This document shows positions 11,801 through 21,440 of a stretch of DNA of 64,000 nt, in pieces (within the stretch, counting starts at the first letter, position 1; each line of letters starts with the position of its first letter). The translations under genes and the position numbers were made by a program. Below the pieces are notes generated by a model that made no database searches, was not told the DNA's origin, and saw nothing but the letters and a program-made list of their open reading frames with translations. Source of the stretch: Dimorphilus gyrociliatus. Its lineage: Eukaryota; Animalia; Annelida. The stretch is taken from the NCBI GenBank assembly GCA_904063045.1, contig CAJFCJ010000014.1, positions 1,299,643 through 1,363,642 on the forward strand, read 5' to 3'.

Positions 11801-12406
11801 ACATATCGTTAACCCAGCAAATAAGGGGCAAACGAGATGCTGGTAGTCCTCAATATTTATCGAAGGTTGCTCGTGACAGTCTTTCCAAATACTATCAAGC
11901 CAGCTAAAAGTCATTATAGATTTGTTTAAGTAGGAGGCGACAATAAATTTTCTTGAACCAGCTTCCGCAGCTACCAAATGGGTAATACCTTCGTGAAAAT
12001 CTCCACTAACTTCCCCATTCATTAGCTTCACTTTTTCTTTATAATTCTCACGCTCTTTTCTTGGAATGGAAGTAAAGCAAATCAAGCATTCCGACAGTAC
12101 GTTTGCGATTCGTCTGGTGCCTAACGGTATTGTTGGAGGTAAATTTTTTCTGCAAATCTGCAGTACATAACATGGTCCTAGAATACAGGTGTTGGGTGAT
12201 ATGTCTTTTAGAAGAGGATTATCAAGTATTCTTTCGCAAACATAAATCTTCATTTCATCATTGACATCGTCTGTCCAAGATACTTCAATGTTTACTTTTC
12301 TAGCAATTTCAAACGCTCTCTCCATAAGAGAAGTTTTTTTACCGAAGAAAAAGAACTTATCAACAGTTATAACAGATTTATTATCAACGGATGTTAAATT
12401 TGACAT
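8888..12406 (-). CDS. TOPBP1: DNA topoisomerase II-binding protein 1 (multi-BRCT scaffold), intronless CDS
   Basis: Tandem BRCT repeats throughout (ITHLVAAEAGSRKF, CTHLI...KYEYAVRWQIPIVNLDWL, ITHLVCD) and a C-terminal BRCT pair (CTHMVCKTLIRNEKILSAIAAGKW). An ATR-activation-like Trp motif (SQSQRGDVRWHDEP) precedes the last pair. Start placed at ATG 12406 after a 5'UTR intron (12429-12491). Confidence 0.93.
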   Translation of the reverse strand: MSNLTSVDNKSVITVDKFFFFGKKTSLMERAFEIARKVNIEVSWTDDVNDEMKIYVCERILDNPLLKDISPNTCILGPCYVLQICRKNLPPTIPLGTRRIANVLSECLICFTSIPRKERENYKEKVKLMNGEVSGDFHEGITHLVAAEAGSRKFIVASYLNKSIMTFSWLDSIWKDCHEQPSINIEDYQHLVCPLFAGLTICVSGYGSSVRSMVKTKVEELGGNFSGSMQQASCTHLIVNQPGGQKYEYAVRWQIPIVNLDWLNDCYDKKQARDENQYKVVSNTSSARKTSTPNTSTTNFSGPEVSMVSNVSSIQDTILDITNFKSGDYLDGCVILLHGFNADSLLNLKKLINVCGAVRVNIYSDSVTHVVVGSANDAKDYENKNAVVVSQQWLIDCAKDRKMLRTSEYTFANKNDSLNKTHSKTTTETPKAAQCLETTGVHGENIENADLYSQYMGDSTMEKVAADIEKENMRGNEKTTFIEEENSHSNQTSETTDQVTTNDESFEVSQQNNTIFANLKFKVNENLDDREVFSAVIQENKGEVVDENPDYLIVPNEGTYEVSSGKVVTETWIKLCLERNSLVKPSFICKPLPYAHGEPLKKCVLCFSGFQGEERQSLIRIATALGACVQEQLCRKNRKELLATTHLILVEASGPKFEAARRWKRHALKISWLKACFVNLERVSEEEYDIETFDDGEISDEQEKEDIDETEDIPPQPSLPTKPDYIDSPSVFLNPDKSFKPRITIDEGLLKSTPNERKRPRQSGDLMEECSKGIEAALKHSKEKASPRGMTPAIKRKKISPLDGVVIGVSTKLADKQTRLNELADKLGAEYRWDVDDERITHLVCDKILKSELDSEISLGRKVVTANWLDSCAENNKLLDEENFLPKLIRESSAEDEKIESDIQALMELDDNRMNLDVPSKGSFCGLASFTQTQQTESQSQRGDVRWHDEPSQQSDFVHAEKKVFILSGFNDNDRLAATEMIISFKNCEILKSNGYDDSCTHMVCKTLIRNEKILSAIAAGKWILKPEYISSSYEHNQWLPEESYEWANSFKADISTGNPQTEQLAKWSRHWRIKIKAGEPLPFQSWTVGILANRDKVEGFRKILASGGATIAFLKDPKVAAKKVSHCFVDGSKKNDKKLLNSIRAETILKTDYIVSYLMGNYNPDSHKISL

Positions 12407-12703
12407 AGTTGTTCCAAAATCCAATTCCCTAAATGAGCGATAATAAATAATATAATGTCCTTTCCTAAAAAATGTTAAAATCAAAGCTTACCTATGTTTT
12501 TAAAACTAATTATTTAAAACAAAATATAACTTAATAAAAAATCCATATATTAAAATTTAGAAACCGTTTGTTCATTACATGAAATTTCACTTAAGAATTT
12601 CAATATTTTTAGTAATCGCACGCCTATAGGGCAGCAGAAAAAACGGCTCCAATCGGTCTCTATGCAGTCTTCCTCTACCGTACCACGTGACATTTAAATA
12701 AAA

Positions 12704-15235
12704 ATGGTGGCTTTGTATAAAAGTTCATTTCGTCTTTTCTTAAGTAATTACTTTTATTTTTAATTGTTTCCTTAAAAATAAAATTTTGTATGATTGTAAA
12801 AATTGCTTATGTATAGGAAAAATTGTTTGTAACTTTTTTCAATTATTTTTAAACACTCTAGACTCAAGATCAGCGTGTAAAAAACTGGGACACTTGAGGT
12901 ATAGCTCCACAAATGCCGGAAAAATTACAACACATTACACAATTGTTCCAAGAGAGACGGATCCGAGATGGAAAGGTAAATAGTCATATATTTGTATCCT
13001 ATTGATTCATAAAAGTGATTCAAAATGTACTTTCTAGAGGTAAACATGGAAAGATACGCTGACGAAGCGGATGTTGTTATTGTTGGAGGAGGACCGGCTG
13101 GGCTTTCTGCAGCTATTAGAATAAAACAGTTGGCTGCAGATGCTGGCAAAGAAATACGTGTATGTCTTTTGGAGAAAGCTTCTCTAATTGGTTAGTTGAC
13201 TTACATTTGAATTAAGAAAAATATTTGAGTCAAAATCACTTAAATTATTTTGAAAAATAAGTTTTAGGAACGTTTCATTCATTCATTCATTCATACTTTT
13301 AAAGTACAAAAACAACTAGCGTTCGTGGGTAAAAACTTGAAGGTTAAAAGGTTATATCTGTTGTTTGACTCAAATTGATTGTAATCTCTTCCGCTAATAG
13401 ATAAGAAATCACTTTATCGCTACTCTCAACTCTTAGGAATGTTATTTTTTCCAATGTAAAAGATGTAAATAATTCTGAATAATAACCTAATGCTAATTGT
13501 TCAATAGGAGGCAACACCCTCTCAGGTGCTTGTATTGAAACGTCTGCTTTGAATGAACTAATTCCTGATTGGAAAGAAAAAGGGGTAAACGTCTACGAAT
13601 CTTAAAAATAGAATATTGTTATTATACCTGTCTAAAAATAAAAGTACATGTGTTTCTTTTTCTTATTTTAACAGGCTCCTATGAAAACAAAAGTAACAAA
13701 AGACAAATTTGCTCTCCTAACAGAAAAGAGTAGAATACCTATACCTGTTTTTCCGGGTAATAATGGCCAATTATAATGTATTGCAAATTAGCATGAATTT
13801 TTTTATGTTTTTACAGGTTTACCAATGTATAACCATGGCAACTACATTGTTCGTTTAGGAAATCTCGTATCTTGGCTAGGCGAACAAGCTGAGAATCTTG
13901 GAGTCGAATTGTATCCTGGTTATGCTGCAGCGGAAATCTTATATAACGAAGACGGTAGTGTTAAAGGTATAGCAACGAATGATGTTGGTATAGCTAAGGA
14001 TGGATCACCAAAAGAAACTTTTGAAAGAGGTATGGAGTTTAATGCCAAATGTACAATTTTCTGCGAAGGTTGTCATGGACATTTGGCCAAAACTCTGTTC
14101 AATAAATATGATTTAAGAAAAAATTCTCAGCATCAAACATACGGAATTGGACTAAAAGAATTATGGGAAGTTGATCCTTCAGTTCATGAACCTGGTTGTG
14201 TTGAGCACACGATTGGATGGCCTCTAGATAAAAATACTTATGGTGGATCATTCCTATATCATTTAGATGAGGGTGAACCTCTAGTTACGATTGGCTTTGT
14301 TATTGGCTTAGATTATAGTAATCCCTATATGTCTCCCTTCCAAGAATTTCAGCGATGGAAGCAACACCCTAGTATTCAGAAAGTGTTGAAGGGTGGAAAG
14401 AGAATAGGTTATGGTGCCAGAGCTTTAAACGAAGGTGGTTTGCAGAGTCTTCCTAAATTACACTTTCCAGGAGGATGCCTTGCCGGTTGTTCTCCAGGTT
14501 TTATGAATGTAGCAAAAATTAAAGGAACGCATGGCGCAATGAAAAGTGGAATGTTGGCCGCAGAGGCAGTTTATAAAGCTTTAGATGAGAATCCTGATAG
14601 CTCTAATGTTACACCAACAACTTTGGACGAAAGCGTAAAAAACTCTTGGTTATATAAAGAATTAAAATCTTGCAGAAACATAAGACCAAGCTTTAATTCA
14701 GCGTTAGGATATTTTGGAGGTATGATATACACTGGTCTATTCTATGTATTAGGTAGAGGAATGGAACCGTGGACTCTGAAGCATCATAATGAAGTAGATG
14801 GTAAATTAATGAAGCCTGCCTCCCAGTGTCAGCAGATTACTTATCCAAAACCTGATGGGGAGATTACTTTTGATTTATTGTCGTCAGTCGCATTAACGGG
14901 AACTAATCACGATCATGATCAACCCCCTCATCTGACATTGAAAGATGATTGTGTTCCGGTAAATAATAATTTGGCTGTCTTTGACGGACCCGAGGCTAGA
15001 TTCTGTCCAGCAGGTAAGTTTTTTCATTAAATCCTACCAACTCACTATTCAAAGTAATTATCTGTTTACAGGTGTTTACGAATATGTAGAAACTGAAGAC
15101 GGTAAGGGAAAGCGCTTACAAATAAACGCGCAAAATTGCATCCATTGTAAGACTTGCGATATTAAAGATCCATCTCAAAATATTAACTGGGTATGCCCAC
15201 AAGGAGGAGAAGGTCCAGCATATTCTGGAATGTAA
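12704..15235 (+). CDS. ETFDH: Electron transfer flavoprotein-ubiquinone oxidoreductase, mitochondrial
   Basis: Exon 1 12704-12743 ([13 protein letters not shown], presequence-like), [19 protein letters not shown] motif [15 protein letters not shown], large exon to about 15013, and 4Fe-4S motifs FCPAGVYE and [12 protein letters not shown]. Stop at 15233-15235. Confidence 0.97.
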
Positions 15236-16233
15236 AATTGGAACAACTATGACGATAAACTGATATATGCTAATTTGTTAATTAATTTAGCAACTATGTA
15301 TTCAATCGTTAAAAAATTAACTTCTTTTTGGAATAGATATAAATAGCTGATTAAACAATTGACCTTGTCTAACATTTTTATCTATCTCACATATTGTCAT
15401 GTAATTTTCCAAAATATTGTTTATAAATTCAGGACGAACTTGAATAATTCTTCAACTTTGACCATTCAAAGTATATACTGTACATTGTTAAACAAAGGCT
15501 TAACCAAAAAAAAAGTGTTGCTAAAATTAGCTTACACAAGGCATATAGTTATTAAACTTTAACAAAAAAAAATTATAAGCATTGTAATTCCACGAATATT
15601 GATCATAATCAAGGTAATTTCCAACTTTATCCTTTGATTTCTTTGAAAATAATCAATTAAAAGTAGGGAAAAAGCCTACATCTTAAACATTCTCAATGTT
15701 AAATGAATAACATACAGAAAATTTTCCGTTAAGATTAATTACATGAACTTTGCAAAGAGATCTTTGGATCGGTGTAAAATATTTCAGCTATTTCAAACTA
15801 ATTGTTCGTTTTAATGATTTTTTATAGGGCATTTGCTAGTATTACATTTACACATTCGTTTATAACTGAAATATTCTTTGTTAAAAATAAAACAGAATAC
15901 AAATGGTAACAAAAGAAGGATAGTTCTTTTGATGCTTAATTAGATAATTACGCTGGTATTAAAAGGAAATTGTACTCTTTCAAGATTTTTTTCGAAGCTT
16001 TTTCGATTTTGAATAGTTCAAGGTCATAAGAGTTACAACTTTAAATCTCCTTGTTATATCACCAATCTATCGTTTGTTCATTTCTAGGTAAAAAATACTT
16101 TGTAAATTTTGAACGATTAAATGAGATTATTGTCAACTTTAATTATCTACGTAGTTCGTACATATCATACAACTTTTATATTATCGCTCAATACATGGTT
16201 TCAGGGAGCCTGTCGGCAAAGTAAAATATAAGC

Positions 16234-16708
16234 ATGGCAGGAAGATTTATACCCGAACTGCTTTTTAAACGTCAATTTGGGTTGGTAGCTGTCACCAATG
16301 AGTACAAAGTTTTTAAATTAATTTTTCCTATACAGTACTACACCATTGTTAAACGAAATACGGAAAATGGCTAGACTTAGGGTTGTAGATAACTCAATCC
16401 TCGGTAGACAGGCGGAATTGGAAGGAAAGCCAGCCAAATGTATACATGTATATAATAAGAATGGTGTAGGAACAATCGGCGATAAAGTTCTTGTCGCAAT
16501 TAAGGGGCAAAAGAAGAGAGCCTTTCTAGTTGGAGTTCGACAAAAGCAAAAAGCAATGGTACCTAGATTTGACTCTAACAACATTGTGCTCATAGAGGAT
16601 AGCGGACAGCCGACTGGAACACGTATAAGAGTACCTATTCCATCTTTATTAAGAGGGAAAAAGGGTGAATTTAGCAAAATATTAGCTTGTGCCACAAAAT
16701 TTGTCTGA
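16234..16708 (+). CDS. MRPL14: Mitochondrial ribosomal protein L14 (uL14m)
   Basis: Two exons give MAGRFIPELLFKRQFG|TTPLLNEIRKMARLRVVDNS...GDKVLVAIKGQKK...PRFDSNNIVLIEDSGQPTGTRI...ATKFV*. Confidence 0.93.
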
Positions 16709-16752
16709 TTATTGTTTTCTTCTTTTATTATTATTGCTATTATTAATATTAA

Positions 16753-16784
<32 letters not shown>

Positions 16785-16865
16785 TATTAAAAAAGGATAC
16801 ATGCCACGTATAGGTTTATAAAATGATATATTATTTACAAAACTTAACTACACAGCAAAACGATT

Positions 16866-18285
16866 TTATAAATTTTTCTCATCTGAATTAGGCATATAAT
16901 TCGAATGTATTCTTCGACTTCGCAATTTAAGAACATTCTTCTTCTTTTTTCCATGTCTTTTTTCTAAGGCTGGTAGTTGTCTTGGTAAGGCTTTTTTGAA
17001 AGGAGGAAATATAGATGCAAAAGAAGGAGCATCTCCTTTTGTGTCATTGTTAGTTTCTTCATTTGCGTGCGTTGGAGGAAGATTCTTGACAGACAAAGGT
17101 TGTTCACTAAGAACTGGGCGTATTTTGATACCTGATTCACTTACACACGCCGTTACTTGAGGTCCCATAAAAGGTAATTCTGGAGCGTCATCGCCTAAAG
17201 TATTTCGAATTTTAGAATTTCCTTTTGCCTTTGAGTACTTAACATCAAGCTGGCGTTGTACAATTGTTTTTGAAGATGAATATTTGACGCCTATAACAAC
17301 ATCTTGATAAGGCTCAGAGAATTCTGAAGAATAGTGGTTCTGTTGAGCAGGTGGAAGCTGACCATGACCACCATTTAAACAACTACAGGGACACGATCTT
17401 AGAGATGACGTTAAGCCGTTCCGAAAATCTTTGTTAAGGTAACCGTATAGAATCGGATCTAAGACACTTTCTAATCTTGCAAACCAGGCGGCTGTCAGTA
17501 TCAAATATAGTGGAGGAGGAGAACACTTGAAATGTAATATAAACTGAGCTGCAATAAATGGTGCCCAAAATATAACGTAACAGACTAACATTAATGCCAT
17601 CATTTTTAAGAGGTGAAGTTCATTTTTTGTTGTTTGAGAAGCATTATTGTTTCCTTCACAGATGCGCTTTTGAGATAAACGAAATGTTCTCCAAATTAAT
17701 ATGTAAGCAGTGACAGTTAGCAGTAGAGGTCCAAATACAGTAAGAATCGTATAAAGAGTCCAAAATATCCTACCATCAGTTTTACTATTCCAAGCTTCCT
17801 CGCAAACTTTCCTAGGCGAGTCATAGAATGTTGAAAACCGGAGTTTAGAGACAAAGAGATGCGGCAAACATATAACTATAGAATGGAACCACACCCATGT
17901 AACCATTATTTTACCTTTGAAGAGCGTCATTTTTCTCTCTCCTGGAAACCTTACAGAATAATAGCTACAAGTAGAATATTTAAAAAAAAATCAACACCGT
18001 TAGTGGCCTTGACAAGGAAAATTTAAAAAACGCCTTACCGATCTATAGCAATTGCACTAAGTGTTAAGAAAGCAGCTGAAGTAAAAAGCATGTAAAGGTA
18101 ACGTTCCACCTTACAAACTACTGAACCTGCTAACCAAGTACCATCATTGAATAAATAATGACCTTCCAAAGGTACACATATACTTGATGACAAAAGATGA
18201 GCCAAAGCCAAGTTTACTACCAGTATATGGGTGACAGTCTGCCAGAGACGTTTTTGTACGACGACCCATAAAACTACACTATATA

Positions 18286-18321
<36 letters not shown>

Positions 18322-18537
18322 AAAAAAAGACAAAAAGTGGAAAAAAAAACATGTAACAATTGTAATATACAAAATGAAAAGTCATTATTTTTTATGTATT
18401 TAAGAAAAAAACACTATGTCTTACCTGTTAGCTAAAATCGCTAATAAGGCACACGTGCATAGTAATAGTGCGCTTAAAGTAAAATAAATATGCTTTTGGG
18501 AGTGATCGCTTGTAGAGTTATTGTATAATTCTTTCAT
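16866..18537 (-). CDS. Orphan rhodopsin-like (class A) GPCR with a long C-terminal tail
   Basis: Three exons (about 18425-18537, 18038-18290 and 16866-17966). Seven TM segments, LANSVV (TM1), NLALAH (TM2), C3.25, DR|Y across the splice, FWAPF (TM6), DPILY (TM7) and NKDFR (helix 8). Ligand family not identifiable by eye. Confidence 0.9.
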
Positions 18538-18617
18538 GACGGCGAACCTGCGCCGCTTGATTATCTACATAAAAGAAATAAGTATTTATCTATCAGTATA
18601 TAGACAATAAGTTATAA

Positions 18618-18654
<37 letters not shown>

Positions 18655-21300
18655 ATATATATTTGGTATATGAATATCGATAGATGATTTCATATATTAC
18701 ACACATACATGCACATACAGCACTATAAATATATATATATATATATAAGCACGAAATATATAAATATTTATTTCTAAATGTATTACTTTGTCGCAGCTTG
18801 CTAGCGTCTGCGTATACTCCAGAAGCGCACACAATCATCGGTTGTGCTAAAGTCGCCTGCAATGATTTCTATGGTTACGCTCTAGACGCGTCGCCTTGCG
18901 GTCGGGTTCATGAAAATAAAGTAAAAAACAGAAGAAAATTACATCATTTTCTTATTGTATTCGTATATATAAACAATTTTAATGAAAGTATTGGTTTAAT
19001 AATTTTCCAGTAGGAAATTTCTTCAATAATTTCGTGTTTCAATGCAGTCTACTAATTTATTTCTCGGTATTCTCTTCGGCTAATTATCCTTCGTCCGTTA
19101 CCTCTTTAATCAAGAATAGTAAAAAGAGTAGGGTAGCCTAGTTAGAAAATTGGAAAGCTTATCAAAAGAGAAGGAATCCTTACAAAAAAGAATATTCGCT
19201 AGTTATCAATTTTGACGTGAGGTTTTTTTTATTATAGAAATTGTTATTAAAAAATGTCGACATTTCTAACAGAATTATTGTGAAAAGAATCGACTCGTTC
19301 ATAAAAAAAAGAGGAAAAATGTTCAATGGAGACTAAACATCCTCTTGCAAAACAAACAGTGAAGAGAGTGAATTATTTTTTAAGTATAATATGTGATTTC
19401 ATTTCTCTCTTTTTTTTTTTGCACTCATGACAAATGTAATCTTTACCTGCTCTTAAAGAATCAGAATAATGTATTTTAAGAGAGATAAGAATATTCGTTT
19501 AACGACAGGCGAGCAAACAACTACAGAAGAAAAAAGAATAGGAAAACAGAGAAAAGAGAGTGTCTACCTAACGAGTAATGTCAATGAACTAATCGATTGG
19601 TTTATAATGTATAGGTGATCTACCCTTTAAAAGTTTTTAAAGTAATGGCCAGTTCATTAACAGAAACATTATAAATTTTACAATTCCTGATGGAATATAG
19701 TTTTAATGACGTAAAAGAACATTTGTACTCCATGTAGAATTCTAGATATTACGTTACGTGAATTTCGATTTTGGAAGGTGTTGAGCTATTCTGTTCGAAA
19801 TACTAAACGCATAACCGCCTCTATTAGAGAGAAACACTTATATATACATATGCAATATCAAATATTAAAATATAAAGGCATATTTATACAAACAGTATAT
19901 ATATTATATATTAGCATATATAGTATATTGTGTATATATTACTGTAGACGCTATTCCCCTTAATGAGAAAATTTTTAGATAAAAAAAAAAGTAGTTATTG
20001 TTCTTTGTAAATAGAGACTGTATATTATAAAAGATAGAAGAAAAAAGTAGGAAAAAATAAACCATCCGCCGCCATTTTAGTTTCAATTAGTCTGGAGAAA
20101 ATAGGTTGTCTATTCATCAGTTCGCTAAAGTGGTCAATCAGTTAAATCAGTATTGTTTTTTTATTCCATCGAAGAAAAAAAGTGATTTATAGATCTTTAT
20201 TTGATTTTTCTTACTTGTAATTAAGGGTAAAAATGATATTTTTGTTCTTAAGTAAATTACATAGATGTTAAATAAATGACAGTTTTAGAATATGAAGACG
20301 ACAAGTAATTTGCTTTTCTATATAATGCTCAGAGCGCTCTCTTCGATTGTAGCAGTACATTCTTTTAGGTCAAGGTCAATGAACCTGCTTATAGTATGAG
20401 TAAACGCTGACAGAGTGAAATATCTCTTATTGTTTATTAACCTTTCTTAACATTCACTCTTTATAAAAAGCAATGACAATCTAAAGAAGAAAGAAGGAAG
20501 GTATTTATATCGTAAAATATATCTGATTTTCCATTTTTTAAAAAACATGCTTATTGTTTGTCTTGTACATAAAAATGAAATATAAGAACAGTAATACTAA
20601 TAATGAAAACTGTCTATTAGGGATTTTATTATTTGTTTCCATTTGAGCTGTGTATATTGAATTATTACACTGACCTAAATATCGTTTTGTTACAATAGAG
20701 ACAGAGGGGAAAATTTAGTACCATATAAGATGTAAGACCTCCCCCTCCCTTTATTGTCTGCATTGTTACTTCTACCTTCCTCGTTTGGACTCATAATGAT
20801 AATTTCGACGAAAGCCACTCCCTAACGGGTTCAAGTTGTAATATATATATATATATATACTGTATATATAATAGATATTTATATTATAAAATAGATGATA
20901 TAAAAACACAAAAGACTAGATAAAGGAAGAATATTTTTTTCTAATACTTTCTTCTTTCTCTTTATCTTCTTTTGTCTATATTTCAAATCTGTGTATTTTC
21001 TTTTGCTTTTATCTTTTTATATCAACAAACGTAAACATACTACTATTCATTTTAAAAATGATTTTAGCACCTGTATAAGTAACTTTATGTATGTAAAAAA
21101 AAAAGTATATGAAAGTTGATTAATATACTCAAAATGAAAGATCGTTAGTATTATTCTTTCAAGTTTCTTTCAATTATACACTTATATACACATATATACG
21201 ATACACACTGATATAAACAACACTTCTTTCTATCAATTTTTTCTATCTATTTTTTCTCTTCCCCCTCCATCCATTCCCCCTTTCTCACACTCACACTCAC

Positions 21301-21355
21301 TCTCTCTCTCTCTCTGCTCCTTCCCTCCTTCCTTCCTTCCTTCCTTCCTTCCTTT
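21301..21355. repeat. Compound (CT)n/(CCTT)n microsatellite
   Basis: Direct reading of the sequence. Confidence 0.9.
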
Positions 21356-21440
21356 CTTACTCATTCTTTCCAGTATCAGTTAATGGAACAAAAAAAGAAA
21401 CGTGTAATAATAATCAAAACCTGAATAACAGTATAGCAGT

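Noticed and set aside
16866-18537. Calling the GPCR an opsin or a biogenic-amine receptor
   Set aside because: Position 7.43 is Arg, not Lys, and 3.32 is Tyr, not Asp; family assignment needs a phylogeny.
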